Of a stretch of 64,000 bases of DNA, positions 13,020 through 23,607 are shown one piece after another. Position 1 is the stretch's first letter. Each line of letters starts with the position of its first letter. The notes beneath the pieces are model-generated. The model was not told the DNA's origin, made no database searches, and worked only from the letters and a program-made list of their open reading frames with translations. The position numbers and the translations under genes were made by a program. Source of the stretch: Burkholderiaceae bacterium (GTDB lineage Bacteria > Pseudomonadota > Gammaproteobacteria > Burkholderiales > Burkholderiaceae_E); assembly GCA_046348465.1 (NCBI GenBank), contig JAXMEE010000012.1, forward strand, positions 128,702 to 192,701. Direction: 5' to 3'.

Positions 13020-14240
13020 TCAGACGACCTGGCCCAGCTTGAAGATCGGCAGGTACATCGCGACCACCAGTCCGCCGATGACCACCCCCAGGATCGCCAT
13101 GATCAGCGGTTCCAGCAGGCTCGACAAGCTCTCGACCGCCTCGTCGACCTCGCGCTCGAAGATGTCGGCGGCCTTGCCGAGCATCGCGTCCAGCGAGCCC
13201 GACTCCTCGCCGATCGCCGACATCTGCAGCACCATGTTCGGGAACACGTTGACGTTCTGCATCGCGATCGTCAGGCTCACGCCGGTGGCGACGTCCTGCT
13301 GGATCTTCTTGGTCGCCATGAAGTAGACGTAGTTGCCGGACGCGCCGCCGACGGAGTCGAGCGCCTCGACCAGCGGCACCCCGGCCGCGAACATCGTCGA
13401 CAGCGTGCGCAGCCAGCGCGCGATCGTCGCCTTGCGCAGCACCTCGCCGAAGACCGGCGCGCGCAGGATGCCGCGGTCGAACGCCATCTGGATCTTCGGC
13501 GACCTTCGCCACGCCTGCATGCCGAAGTAGCCGATCGCGCCCAGCCCTCCGAACAGCAGGTACCAGTAGTTGACGAAGAAGTCCGAGACCGCGATGACCA
13601 TCATCGTCGGCGCCGGCAGGTTCGCGCCGAAGCTCTCGAACACCTGCTTGAACGCCGGGATCACGAACAGCATGATCACGGTGATCACGACCGCCGCGAC
13701 CACCATCACCGCCGCCGGGTAGAAGAGCGCGCTCTTCACCTTGCCGCGGATCGCCTGCATCTTCTCCTTGTACGCGGCGAGGCGGTCGAGCAGGTCGTCG
13801 AGGATCCCCGCCTGCTCGCCGGCGCCGACCAGGTTGCAGTACAGCGAGTCGAAGTACAGCGGGTACTTGCGGAACGCCTGCGACAGCGCGGTCCCGGTCT
13901 CGACGTCGGAGCGGATGTCGGTGAACAGCTTCTGCACGGCGCCGTTGGTGCTGCCCTTGGCGACGATGTCGAACGACTGAAGCAGCGGCACGCCGGCGCG
14001 CAGCATCGTCGAGAGCTGGCGCGTGAACAGCGTGATGTCCTTGTCCCTGATCTTGCCGCGCAGCTTGTAGCGGCGCTTCTGGATGCGCGTGACCAGGATC
14101 CCCTGGCGCCGCAGCGCGGAGTTGACGACGGCCTCGCCGCCGGCGCGCATCTCGCCGCGCACGGTCTTGCCGGCGCGGTCCCTGCCCTCCCACGTGAACG
14201 TGAATTCGCGGACGGGATTCGCGATCGCTTTGGTGGCCAT
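13020..14240 (-). CDS. pilC: type IV pilus platform protein PilC (T2SS F family)
   Basis: FTRQLSTMLRAGVPL, GEQAGILD, GEESGSLD, AMYLPIF. Confidence 0.96.
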   Translation of the reverse strand: MATKAIANPVREFTFTWEGRDRAGKTVRGEMRAGGEAVVNSALRRQGILVTRIQKRRYKLRGKIRDKDITLFTRQLSTMLRAGVPLLQSFDIVAKGSTNGAVQKLFTDIRSDVETGTALSQAFRKYPLYFDSLYCNLVGAGEQAGILDDLLDRLAAYKEKMQAIRGKVKSALFYPAAVMVVAAVVITVIMLFVIPAFKQVFESFGANLPAPTMMVIAVSDFFVNYWYLLFGGLGAIGYFGMQAWRRSPKIQMAFDRGILRAPVFGEVLRKATIARWLRTLSTMFAAGVPLVEALDSVGGASGNYVYFMATKKIQQDVATGVSLTIAMQNVNVFPNMVLQMSAIGEESGSLDAMLGKAADIFEREVDEAVESLSSLLEPLIMAILGVVIGGLVVAMYLPIFKLGQVV

Positions 14241-14265
14241 GTCGTCGTGCCTCTCTCGTGCAGCC

Positions 14266-15993
14266 CTATTCGTTCGTGACGCCGAGGACTTCCTCGATCG
14301 TCGTCACCCCTTGCATCACCTTCACGAGCCCCGAGCGGCGCAGGTCGCGCACGCCCTCGGCGCGCGCCTGCGCGGCGATCTGGACCGCGTTCCCGTTGGC
14401 GAGGATGATCTTCTGCGTCTCTTCGGAGACCGGCATCACCTGGTAGATGCCGACCCGCCCCTTGTAACCGGAGCCGTTGCAGCGCTCGCACCCGACCGGC
14501 CGGTACGGCTTCCAGGCGTCCTCGAAGTCGGACTCGAGGAACCCGGCCTTCAGGAGCCCGTCCTCGTCGATCTCGAGCGGCTCCTTGCACGTGCACAGCC
14601 GCCGCGCGAGGCGCTGCGCGGTGATCAGGATCACCGACGACGCGATGTTGAACGGCGCCACGCCCATGTTGAGCATCCGCGTGAGCGTGGTCGGCGCGTC
14701 GTTCGTGTGCAGCGTCGACAGCACCATGTGGCCGGTCTGCGCGGCCTTGATCGCGATGTCGGCGGTCTCGAGGTCGCGGATCTCGCCGACCATGATCACG
14801 TCCGGGTCCTGGCGCAGGAACGACTTCAGCGCCGCGGCGAACGTGAGCCCGGCCTTGTCGTTGACGTTGACCTGGTTGACGCCCGGCAGGTTGATCTCGG
14901 CCGGGTCCTCGGCGGTGGAGATGTTGATGCCCGGCTGGTTCAGGATGTTCAGGCAGGTGTACAGCGACACCGTCTTGCCCGAGCCCGTCGGCCCGGTGAC
15001 CAGGATCATCCCGTAGGGCCGGTGGATCGCGTCGAGCATCAGCTGCTTCTGGTCCGGCTCGTAGCCGAGCGCGTCGATCCCGAGCTTGGCCGAGCTCGGG
15101 TCGAGGATCCGCATCACGATCTTCTCGCCGAACAGCGTCGGCAGCGTCGAGACGCGGAAGTCGATCGCGCGGTTGGCCGACACGACGAGCTTCATGCGGC
15201 CGTCCTGCGGGATGCGCTTCTCCGAGATGTCGAGCCGCGAGATCACCTTGATCCGCGACGCGAGCTTCTCCTTGATCGCGAGCGGGGGCTGCGCGAACTC
15301 GCGCAGCTCGCCGTCGATGCGCAGGCGGATCCGGTAGAACTTCTCGAAGGGCTCGAAGTGGATGTCGGACGCGCCGGCCTGGATCGCGTCGAGCAGCACC
15401 TTCTGCAGGAACTTGACCACCGGCGCGTCGTCGACCTCGGACGCGCTGTCGACGCCGGTCGCGGGCTCGTCGCCGGCCATCTCCAGCTCGAGGCTCTCGT
15501 CGACCAGGTCGGCGAGCTGCTGCGACGCCGAGCGGCCGAGCTTCTCGACCAGCTTCACCAGCTTGTCGTGCTCGACGATGATCGGGTCGATCGTCGACTG
15601 CGTCTGGAACTTGATCCGGTCCAGCGTCTGCAGGTCGGTCGGGTCGGAGATCGCCACCGAGAGCCGGCTGCCGCGCTTGCCGAGCGCGATCACGCGCGTC
15701 TCGGTCGCGAGCTTGCGGTCGATCAGGTCGTCGGGCAGGTTCGCGGCGTCGATCGTCGCGAGGTCCAGCAGCGGGTGGCCGAAGGTCTCCGCCGCGAAGC
15801 GGGCGAGCTGCTTCGCGCTGACCGCATTGCTGCCGACCAGCTCGTCGATGAACAGCGTCTGCGCGGCGTCAGCCTTCTTCTGGATGGCGAGCGCCTGGTC
15901 CGGGCGCAGGATCTGATGCTGCACCAGGGCGCGAGCCAGTCCGGCGAGCACGGTCTGCTCGGACGCGTGCGTCGGTAGTGTCACGACCGCCAT
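14266..15993 (-). CDS. pilB: type IV-A pilus assembly ATPase PilB
   Basis: GPTGSGKT, TAEDPAE, LRQDPDVIMVGEIRD, HTNDAP, CTC/CERC zinc site. Confidence 0.97.
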   Translation of the reverse strand: MAVVTLPTHASEQTVLAGLARALVQHQILRPDQALAIQKKADAAQTLFIDELVGSNAVSAKQLARFAAETFGHPLLDLATIDAANLPDDLIDRKLATETRVIALGKRGSRLSVAISDPTDLQTLDRIKFQTQSTIDPIIVEHDKLVKLVEKLGRSASQQLADLVDESLELEMAGDEPATGVDSASEVDDAPVVKFLQKVLLDAIQAGASDIHFEPFEKFYRIRLRIDGELREFAQPPLAIKEKLASRIKVISRLDISEKRIPQDGRMKLVVSANRAIDFRVSTLPTLFGEKIVMRILDPSSAKLGIDALGYEPDQKQLMLDAIHRPYGMILVTGPTGSGKTVSLYTCLNILNQPGINISTAEDPAEINLPGVNQVNVNDKAGLTFAAALKSFLRQDPDVIMVGEIRDLETADIAIKAAQTGHMVLSTLHTNDAPTTLTRMLNMGVAPFNIASSVILITAQRLARRLCTCKEPLEIDEDGLLKAGFLESDFEDAWKPYRPVGCERCNGSGYKGRVGIYQVMPVSEETQKIILANGNAVQIAAQARAEGVRDLRRSGLVKVMQGVTTIEEVLGVTNE

Positions 15994-16128
15994 GGAGGTT
16001 CGTCGGGGGCATGGTCCCGTGTATGGTGTTTGCCATGATGCGGTTCCGGCGGCCTGCGCGGAAGGCTCCGGCCGGGTGTCTGGACGAGCGGCGGGCCGCG
16101 GCGGGTCGAACGGCGCCCGGATCGTGAT

Positions 16129-17421
16129 TTAGGACACGGCGGATTCCGTGCCCTCGCCCCCGGCCGGGCGCAGCCGGCGCAGGCGCACGCTGCGGATCGT
16201 CCGGCCCTGGATCTGAAGCACCTCGACGACGTAGTCGCCGAAGCGCACGCTGACGTTGCCCTCGGGGAGGTCCTGGAGCGCCTCGAGGACCAGCCCGGTG
16301 AGCGTCCTGGGCCCGTCCAGCGGGAACTGCGTGCCCAGCCGGCGGTTGAGCTCGCGCAGCGGCGACGCCCCCTCGAGCACGATCTCGTCGTCGTCCCACG
16401 CCAGTTCGCCGTCGCCGCGCGGCACCGTCGTGGTGAAGTCGCCGATGATCTCCTCCAGGATGCCCTCGAGCGTGACCAGCCCCTGGACCTCGCCGTACTC
16501 GTCGACGACCATCGCGATCCGCTGGCGGTTCTCCTGGAAGAACTGCAGCTGCGTGAACACCGGCGTCCCGCTGGGGACGAAGTACGGCTCGCGCAGCAGC
16601 TCGCGCAGCTCGCCGACGTCGAACTCGCCGCGCGTGAGCAGCGACAGCGCGCGGCGCACGTGCAGCACGCCGATCGGCTTGTTGACGTCGCCCTCGTGCA
16701 CCGGAAGCTTGCTGTGCCAGCTCGTCGCCAGCTGGTGGCGGATCACGTCCGGCGCCGCGGCGACGTTCAGCGACTCGATCCGGTTGCGCGGGATCATGAC
16801 GTCGTCGACGGTGATGTGCTCGAGGTCGAAGAGGTTGACCAGGATCGACCGGTGCTTGGGCGGGATGAACGCCCCCGCCTCGAGGACGATCGTGCGCAGC
16901 TCGTCGGCGGACATGCGCGCCGACTCGCCGCCGGTGTCGACGCGCGCGAGCGCGAGCAGGCGCCCCACGAGCAGGTTCACGAGCCAGACCGCCGGCGCCG
17001 AGACCTTCATCAGCAGGTTCAGCACGAACGCGGCGGGCAGCGCGACCCGCTCCGGATACGTGGCGCCGATGACCTTCGGGGTGATCTCGCAGAAGACGAT
17101 GATCAGCAGCGCCACCAGCGTCGTCGCCGCGACCAGCGTGGTGTCGTTGTCGCCGAACTGGCGGATCGCCAGCGTCGTGACGACAGCCGTCAGTGCCGTG
17201 TTCGCGACGTTGTTGCCGAGCAGGATCGTCCCGAGCAGCTTCTCCGTGCGGCCGAGCATCTCGGCGGCGAGCTTGGCGCCGCGGCGGCCCTTGCTGACCA
17301 GGTGGCCGAGGCGGTAGCGGTTGAGCGCCATCATGCTGGTCTCGGCGATGGAGAAGAACGCCGAGATCAGCAGGAGCACGAGCAGCGCGAGCAGTTGCGC
17401 CCAGAGAGGGATCGATTCCAA
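16129..17421 (-). CDS. HlyC/CorC (CNNM) family transporter
   Basis: TTG start (LESIPLW); [14 protein letters not shown]21, CBS pair ([21 protein letters not shown]), CorC_HlyC C-terminus. Confidence 0.93.
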   Translation of the reverse strand: MESIPLWAQLLALLVLLLISAFFSIAETSMMALNRYRLGHLVSKGRRGAKLAAEMLGRTEKLLGTILLGNNVANTALTAVVTTLAIRQFGDNDTTLVAATTLVALLIIVFCEITPKVIGATYPERVALPAAFVLNLLMKVSAPAVWLVNLLVGRLLALARVDTGGESARMSADELRTIVLEAGAFIPPKHRSILVNLFDLEHITVDDVMIPRNRIESLNVAAAPDVIRHQLATSWHSKLPVHEGDVNKPIGVLHVRRALSLLTRGEFDVGELRELLREPYFVPSGTPVFTQLQFFQENRQRIAMVVDEYGEVQGLVTLEGILEEIIGDFTTTVPRGDGELAWDDDEIVLEGASPLRELNRRLGTQFPLDGPRTLTGLVLEALQDLPEGNVSVRFGDYVVEVLQIQGRTIRSVRLRRLRPAGGEGTESAVS

Positions 17422-17492
17422 CGCGGGACGAGGGGATTGCGGTGATTCGCAGCCTACCCGAAACGCCCCCGCCCGGGATAGGCCGGCCGAGT

Positions 17493-17531
17493 TGATAAAC
17501 TGCCCGCGCGGCGCGAGCACCGCGCCGCGCG
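17493..17531 (+). promoter_or_regulatory. putative extended -10 (TG-a-TAAACT) plus 11-bp leader hairpin upstream of the dehydratase
   Basis: TGATAAACT at 17493-17501; CGCGCGGCGCG-AGCAC-CGCGCCGCGCG at 17505-17531; GAGGAG RBS follows. Confidence 0.4.
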
Positions 17532-17551
17532 CGAAGCGAGGAGACGCGACG

Positions 17552-19351
17552 ATGAGCGGCGCACACCCGAAGAACCCCCCCGAGCGGCTGCGCTCGCGAG
17601 CCTGGTTCGACAACCCCGACAACCCCGGCATGACCGCGCTCTACCTCGAGCGCTACATGAATTTCGGGCTCACGCTCGCCGAGCTGCGCGAGAGCGGCAA
17701 GCCGGTGATCGGGATCGCCCAGACCGGCAGCGACCTCTCCCCGTGCAACCGCCACCACCTCGACCTCGCCAGCCGGGTGCGCGACGGGATCCGCGACGCG
17801 GGCGGGATCCCGATGGAATTCCCGGTGCACCCGATCCAGGAGACCGGCAAGCGCCCCACCGCGGCGCTCGACCGCAACCTCGCCTACCTCGGGCTGGTCG
17901 AGGTGCTGCACGGCTACCCGCTCGACGGCGTCGTGCTCACCACCGGCTGCGACAAGACCACGCCGGCGATGCTGATGGGCGCGGCCACCGTCGACATCCC
18001 CTCGATCGTGCTGTCCGGCGGGCCGATGCTCAACGGCCACTACAACGGCGGCCTCGCGGGCTCGGGGACCGTGGTGTGGTTCGCGCGCCAGGAGCTGGCC
18101 GCCGGCCGCATCGACTACGACGAATTCCTGGAGATGGTCGCGTCGAGCGCGCCGTCGGTGGGCCACTGCAACACGATGGGCACCGCGCTGTCGATGAACA
18201 GCGTCGCCGAGGCGCTCGGGATGTCGCTGCCGGGCTGCGCCGCGATCCCCGGCCCGCTGCGCGAGCGCCAGCAGATGGCGTACTTCACCGGCCGGCGCAT
18301 CGTCGAGATGGTGCGCGAGGACCTGCGGCCGTCGCGCATCCTGACGCGCGAGGCGTTCGAGAACGCGATCGTCGCCTCGAGCGCGCTCGGGGCGTCGACG
18401 AACTGCCCGCCGCACGTGAACGCGATCGCGCGCCACATGGGCGTGCCGCTCGACATCTTCGACTGGGACCGGATCGGCTACCACGTGCCGCTGCTGGTCA
18501 ACCTGATGCCCGCCGGGCAGTACCTGGGCGAGGAGTTCCACCGCGCGGGCGGGGTGCCCGCGGTGATGCACGAGCTGCTCGCGGCCGGCAAGCTGCACGC
18601 CGGCGCGCTCACGGTGTCGGGGCGCACGATCGGCGAGTGCTACCGCGACACCGCGACGTCCGACCGCGACGTGATCCGCGCGTACGACGCGCCGCTGCTG
18701 CCCGAGGCCGGCTTCGCCGTGCTGTCGGGCAACCTCTTCGAGTCGGCGGTGATGAAGACCTCGGTGATCACGGCCGAGTTCCGCGACCGCTACCTGAAGC
18801 GCCCCGGCGACCCGGACGCGTTCGAGGGCCGCGCGATCGTCTTCGAGGGCCCCGAGGACTACCACGCGCGCATCAACGACCCCGCGCTCGCGATCGACGC
18901 CGACTGCGTCCTGTTCATCCGCGGCACCGGCCCGGTCGGGTACCCGGGCGCGGCCGAGGTCGTCAACATGCTGCCGCCCGACGCGCTCGTCAAGCAGGGC
19001 ATCACGCTGCTGCCGTGCGTCGGCGACGGCCGGCAGTCCGGCACCTCGGGCAGCCCGTCGATCCTGAACGCGTCGCCGGAGTCGGCGGTCGGCGGCGGGC
19101 TCGCGCTGCTGCGCACCGGCGACCGCGTCCGGATCGACCTCGGCCGGCGCCGGGCCGACATGATGATCTCCGACGACGAGCTCGCGCGCCGGCGCGCCGC
19201 GTGGACGCCGCCCGAGCTCGTGAACCAGACCCCGTGGCAGGAGCTGTACCGCCGCCACGTCACGCAGCTGCAGGAGGGCGCGTGCCTGGACTTCGCGATC
19301 AGGCACCAGCGCGTGGACGCGACGCACGGCGTCCCGCGCGACAACCACTGA
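17552..19351 (+). CDS. IlvD/Edd family sugar-acid dehydratase (xylonate dehydratase XylD-like)
   Basis: [19 protein letters not shown]-terminus as in Caulobacter XylD-type enzymes; Fe-S Cys in [24 protein letters not shown]. Confidence 0.9.
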   Translation: MSGAHPKNPPERLRSRAWFDNPDNPGMTALYLERYMNFGLTLAELRESGKPVIGIAQTGSDLSPCNRHHLDLASRVRDGIRDAGGIPMEFPVHPIQETGKRPTAALDRNLAYLGLVEVLHGYPLDGVVLTTGCDKTTPAMLMGAATVDIPSIVLSGGPMLNGHYNGGLAGSGTVVWFARQELAAGRIDYDEFLEMVASSAPSVGHCNTMGTALSMNSVAEALGMSLPGCAAIPGPLRERQQMAYFTGRRIVEMVREDLRPSRILTREAFENAIVASSALGASTNCPPHVNAIARHMGVPLDIFDWDRIGYHVPLLVNLMPAGQYLGEEFHRAGGVPAVMHELLAAGKLHAGALTVSGRTIGECYRDTATSDRDVIRAYDAPLLPEAGFAVLSGNLFESAVMKTSVITAEFRDRYLKRPGDPDAFEGRAIVFEGPEDYHARINDPALAIDADCVLFIRGTGPVGYPGAAEVVNMLPPDALVKQGITLLPCVGDGRQSGTSGSPSILNASPESAVGGGLALLRTGDRVRIDLGRRRADMMISDDELARRRAAWTPPELVNQTPWQELYRRHVTQLQEGACLDFAIRHQRVDATHGVPRDNH

Positions 19352-19388
19352 CGGGCCGCGCCCCGCGCGCGGCGCAGGAGAGCCTTCG

Positions 19389-20657
19389 ATGAACCCTGGC
19401 CAGACCCCGTTGCGCGGACTGCGCGTGCTCGACTGGACGCACGTGCTCGCCGGCCCGTTCGCCGCGTACAACCTCGCGCTGCTGGGCGCCGACGTCGTGC
19501 GCGTCGAGCGCGTGGATGGCACCGAGCTGATCCGCGACAAGGGCCTCGACCCTCAGCTCGCGGCCGCGGGGCTCGGCGAGAGCTTCGTCGTCCAGGGCTC
19601 GGGCAAGCGCTCGCTCGCGATCGACGCGCGCGACGCCCGCGCGCGGGCCGCGCTGCACGCGCTGATCGCGCGCGCCGACGTGCTGGTCGAGAACTTCCGT
19701 CCGGGCAAGCTGCGTGCGCTGGGCTTCGATCCGGCCGAGCTCGTGCGGCGCCACCCGCGCCTGATCGTGTGCTCGATCACCGGGTTCGGGCAGGCGGGCG
19801 CGTCGTCCGGACGGCGCGCGTACGACCACGTCGTGCAGGCGGCCAGCGGCCTGATGAGCGCGAACGCCGACGCCGACGGCGTACCGCAGCGCGTGGGCTT
19901 CCCGATCATCGACTACGCGGTCGGCATGCAGGCGGCGCTCGCGGTGCTCGCGGCGCTCGCGCGCCGCAACGCCCAGGAGGCCGCGGGCGCGGCGCGCGAG
20001 CAGGGCGAGTGGCTCGACGTTTCCATGCGCGACGCCGCGCTCACGCTGCTCGCGCCGGTCTACGCGACGCACGCGGTCAGCGGCCGCGAGCGGCCGCGCA
20101 CCCGCTCGACCGCGTTCTCCGGCAGTCCGCTGTCGGGCACGTTCGCGACGAACGACGGGCACCTCGCGATCGTCTGCAACAGCGTGGTCCAGTCGGTGGC
20201 GCTGCTGCGCTCGCTCGCGCGTGCGGGCGCTTCCGCGGCCGAGCTCGAGGCGATCGAGTCCGGCGCGCGTTCCGGCGACGTCGACGGCGCGCAGGCGGCG
20301 CTCGCGCGCGTGCTCGCGGCGCGCGGCGCGGCGCAGTGGGAGGCGTGGCTGTCCGAGGACGGTGTGCCGGCGGCGCGCGTGCTCTCCGCGAGCCAGGCCT
20401 ACGACCACGCGCGCGCCGACGCCGCGCGCTGGCCGCGCGTCGAGCTCGCGCACGCGGACGGCCGCGCGGTTCAGGTGCCGGGGCCGGGCTTCGGCTCCTC
20501 GCTGCCGCTGGTGCCCAGCCCTCTGGGCGCGCCGCCGGTGCGCGGCGAGCACAGCCGCGCGGTGCTGCGCGAAGCCGGCCTCGACGACGCGAGCATCGAC
20601 GCGATGATCGCCGACGGCGTCGTGCGCCAGCACGGTGCGGCGGGCGCCCGGCACTAG
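19389..20657 (+). CDS. CaiB/BaiF family (class III) CoA-transferase
   Basis: LRVLDWTHVLAGP, ADVLVENFRPG, AYDHVVQAASGLM (catalytic Asp), GEHSRAVL. Confidence 0.9.
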   Translation: MNPGQTPLRGLRVLDWTHVLAGPFAAYNLALLGADVVRVERVDGTELIRDKGLDPQLAAAGLGESFVVQGSGKRSLAIDARDARARAALHALIARADVLVENFRPGKLRALGFDPAELVRRHPRLIVCSITGFGQAGASSGRRAYDHVVQAASGLMSANADADGVPQRVGFPIIDYAVGMQAALAVLAALARRNAQEAAGAAREQGEWLDVSMRDAALTLLAPVYATHAVSGRERPRTRSTAFSGSPLSGTFATNDGHLAIVCNSVVQSVALLRSLARAGASAAELEAIESGARSGDVDGAQAALARVLAARGAAQWEAWLSEDGVPAARVLSASQAYDHARADAARWPRVELAHADGRAVQVPGPGFGSSLPLVPSPLGAPPVRGEHSRAVLREAGLDDASIDAMIADGVVRQHGAAGARH

Positions 20658-20671
20658 CGTAAACCCCCGGA

Positions 20672-20700
20672 TTGCCGGCCCGGGAGGCATCCGCGATAAT
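20672..20700 (+). promoter_or_regulatory. putative sigma70 promoter of Liv-type ABC operon
   Basis: TTGCCG-N17-GATAAT. Confidence 0.45.
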
Positions 20701-20765
20701 CGCCCGTCCGACAGGCGGGCGGCGCGACCGAAGGGGGGGCGCGCCCGGCCCGTCCAGCCCGAGCC

Positions 20766-21542
20766 ATGTCCGAATTCATCCTGGAGACGCGGGACCTCGT
20801 CAAGGAGTTCAAGGGCTTCGTTGCCGTCGACGGAGTCAGCCTGCGCGTGCGCTCGGGCCAGATCCACGCGCTGATCGGCCCGAACGGCGCGGGCAAGACG
20901 ACGGTCTTCAACCTGCTCACGAAGTTCCTGATCCCGACGCGCGGCCAGATCCTCTACAAGGGCCAGGACATCACGACCGAGAAACCGCCGCAGGTGGCGC
21001 GGCGCGGCATCGTGCGCTCGTTCCAGATCTCCGCGACCTTCGCTCACCTGACCGTGCTCGAGAACGTTCGCATCGGCCTGCAGCGCGCGCTCGGCACGTC
21101 CTTCCACTTCTGGAAGTCCGAGCGCTCGCTCGACGTCCTCAACGAGCGCGCGATGCAGCTGCTCGACACCGTCGGGCTCGCCGGATTCGCCGACGTCGTC
21201 ACGGTGGAGCTGCCGTACGGGCGCAAGCGCGCGCTCGAGATCGCGACCACGCTCGCGACCGAGCCGCAGCTGATGCTGCTCGACGAGCCCACGCAGGGGA
21301 TGGGGCACGAGGACGTCGAGCGCGTCACGCAGCTGATCAGGAAGGTCGCGGCCAACCGCACGGTGCTGATGGTCGAGCACAACATGAACGTCGTCGCGAG
21401 CATCGCCGACACGATCAGCGTCCTGCAGCGCGGGCAGGTGATCGCCGAGGGCCCGTACGACGTCGTGTCGAAGAACCCGCAGGTGCTCGAGGCTTACATG
21501 GGCACCGACGCGCAGGAACTGCGGGGGGGCCATGGGCACTAG
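20766..21542 (+). CDS. branched-chain amino acid-type ABC transporter ATP-binding protein (LivG-like)
   Basis: GPNGAGKTT, LPYG signature, LLDEP. Confidence 0.93.
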   Translation: MSEFILETRDLVKEFKGFVAVDGVSLRVRSGQIHALIGPNGAGKTTVFNLLTKFLIPTRGQILYKGQDITTEKPPQVARRGIVRSFQISATFAHLTVLENVRIGLQRALGTSFHFWKSERSLDVLNERAMQLLDTVGLAGFADVVTVELPYGRKRALEIATTLATEPQLMLLDEPTQGMGHEDVERVTQLIRKVAANRTVLMVEHNMNVVASIADTISVLQRGQVIAEGPYDVVSKNPQVLEAYMGTDAQELRGGHGH

Positions 21543-22251
21543 CGGCCACGGCGTCGAGTACCTGCGCATCACCGACCTGCACGCGTTCTACGGCGAGTCG
21601 CACATCCTGCACGGGGTCGACCTCACCGTGAACCGCGGCGAGGTGGTGACGCTGCTCGGGCGCAACGGCGCCGGCCGCACCACCACGCTGAAGTCGATCA
21701 TGGGCCTGGTCGGCCGGCGCACCGGCTCGATCATGATCAACGGCACCGAGGCGGTGAACCTGGCGCCGCACGCGATCGCCCGGCTCGGGCTCGGCTATTG
21801 CCCCGAGGAACGCGGCATCTTCGCGAGCCTGTCGTGCGAGGAGAACCTGCTGCTGCCGCCCGAGGTGGCGTCCGGCGGTATGGCGCTCGACGAGATCTAC
21901 GCGATGTTCCCGAACCTGCAGGAGCGGCGCGCGAGCCCCGGCACGCGGCTGTCGGGCGGCGAGCAGCAGATGCTGGCCGTGGCGCGGATCCTGCGCACGG
22001 GCGCCAAGCTGCTGCTGCTCGACGAGATCTCCGAGGGCCTGGCGCCGGTGATCGTGCAGGCGCTCGCGCGCACGATCCGCATGCTGCGCGAGAAGGGGTT
22101 CACGATCGTGATGGTCGAGCAGAACTTCCGCTTCGCCGCGCCGCTCGCGGACCGCTTCTACGTGATGGAGCACGGGCGCATCGTCGAGGGCTTCGAGGCT
22201 TCGCAGCTCGACGAGAAGATGCCGATGCTCCACGAGTACCTGGGTGTCTGA
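21532..22251 (+). CDS. branched-chain amino acid-type ABC transporter ATP-binding protein (LivF-like)
   Basis: GRNGAGRTT, LSGGEQQM, LLLDE, VEQN. Confidence 0.93.
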   Translation: MGTSGHGVEYLRITDLHAFYGESHILHGVDLTVNRGEVVTLLGRNGAGRTTTLKSIMGLVGRRTGSIMINGTEAVNLAPHAIARLGLGYCPEERGIFASLSCEENLLLPPEVASGGMALDEIYAMFPNLQERRASPGTRLSGGEQQMLAVARILRTGAKLLLLDEISEGLAPVIVQALARTIRMLREKGFTIVMVEQNFRFAAPLADRFYVMEHGRIVEGFEASQLDEKMPMLHEYLGV

Positions 22252-22299
22252 GCACGGGCTCAGTCCCGGCCCGATTGTCCGATCAACGGAGGAACGACG

Positions 22300-23517
22300 A
22301 TGAAACGCAAGCTTTCCGCAGTGCTGGTCTCGGCGGCGCTCGCCGCCTTCTCGGGGGCCGCCGCGGCCCAGGTCTCCGACGGCGTCGTCAAGATCGGCGT
22401 CATGAACGACATGTCGGGCCTCTACGCCGACATCGCGGGCCCCGGCTCGGTGATCGCCGCGAAGATGGCGGTCGAGGACTTCCAGAAGACGTCGAAGGCC
22501 GGCCTGAAGGTCGAGATCGTGTCCGCCGACCACCAGAACAAGCCCGACGTCGGCTCGAACATCGCGCGCCAGTGGTTCGACACCGACAAGGTCGACGCGA
22601 TCGTCGACGTCCCGACCTCGTCGGTCGCGCTCGCGATCAACCAGATCGCGCGCGAGAAGGGCAAGGCGCTGCTCGACACCGGCGCCGCGACGTCCGACCT
22701 GACCGGCAAGGCCTGCTCGCCGAACACCGTGCACTGGCTCTACGACACCTGGATGCTCGCGCACGGCACCGGCAGCGCGGTCGTGAAGACCGGCGGCAAC
22801 ACCTGGTTCTTCCTGACTGCCGACTACGCGTTCGGCCACGCGCTCGAGAAGGACACCGAGGCGGTCGTCGTGGCCAGCGGCGGCAAGGTGCTCGGCAAGG
22901 TGCGCCACCCGCTGAACACGCAGGACTTCTCCTCGTTCCTGCTGCAGGCGCAGGCGTCGAAGGCCAAGGTCATCGGCCTGGCGAACGCCGGCGGCGACAC
23001 GATCAACTCGATCAAGCAGGCGGCCGAGTTCGGCATCATGAAGGGCGGGCAGAACCTCGCCGGCCTGCTCGTGTTCCTGACCGACGTGCACGGGCTCGGG
23101 CTGGAGAAGGCACAGGGCCTGATGATCACCGAGACGTTCTACTGGGACCTGAACGACCAGACGCGCGCGTGGTCCAGGCGCTTCGCCGCGGCCAACGGCG
23201 GCAAGTACCCGTCGATGGACCACGCCGGCGTCTACGGCGTCGTGCTGCACTACCTGAAGGCGGTCGAGGCGGGCAAGACCGACGACGGCACCAAGACGAT
23301 CGCGAAGATGAAGGAACTGCCCACCGACGACCCGCTCTTCGGCAAGGGCACGATCCGCGCCGACGGCCGCAAGCTGCACCCGGCGTACCTGTTCGAGGTG
23401 AAGAAGCCTTCCGAGTCCAAGGGCCCGTACGACTACTACAAGCTCAAGGCGACGATCCCGGCCGACCAGGCGTTCCGCCCGATCGACCAGGGCGACTGCC
23501 CGCTCGTGAAGAAGTGA
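22300..23517 (+). CDS. Liv-type ABC transporter substrate-binding protein
   Basis: Sec signal peptide; KIGVMNDMSG, ADHQNKPD, WFFLTADYAFG. Confidence 0.93.
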   Translation: MKRKLSAVLVSAALAAFSGAAAAQVSDGVVKIGVMNDMSGLYADIAGPGSVIAAKMAVEDFQKTSKAGLKVEIVSADHQNKPDVGSNIARQWFDTDKVDAIVDVPTSSVALAINQIAREKGKALLDTGAATSDLTGKACSPNTVHWLYDTWMLAHGTGSAVVKTGGNTWFFLTADYAFGHALEKDTEAVVVASGGKVLGKVRHPLNTQDFSSFLLQAQASKAKVIGLANAGGDTINSIKQAAEFGIMKGGQNLAGLLVFLTDVHGLGLEKAQGLMITETFYWDLNDQTRAWSRRFAAANGGKYPSMDHAGVYGVVLHYLKAVEAGKTDDGTKTIAKMKELPTDDPLFGKGTIRADGRKLHPAYLFEVKKPSESKGPYDYYKLKATIPADQAFRPIDQGDCPLVKK

Positions 23518-23549
23518 TCGGGGACTGATTCCGACGTATCCTCGGTCCT

Positions 23550-23576
23550 GGGGGCCGGCGCCGCGCGCCGGCCCCC
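23550..23576. other. 12-bp stem-loop between SBP and permease genes
   Basis: GGGGGCCGGCGC-CGC-GCGCCGGCCCCC. Confidence 0.55.
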
Positions 23577-23607
23577 GCGTCCCGAATCCACGAATCGACG
23601 ACAGGTC

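Noticed and set aside
16023..16038. Possible sigma54 promoter upstream of pilB (minus-strand TGGCA)
   Set aside because: No TTGC -12 element at the required spacing
15994..17551. Possible tRNA or integration site near pilB/corC, where core synteny ends
   Set aside because: No cloverleaf, T-loop GTTCGA with acceptor stem, integrase or att-like direct repeat found
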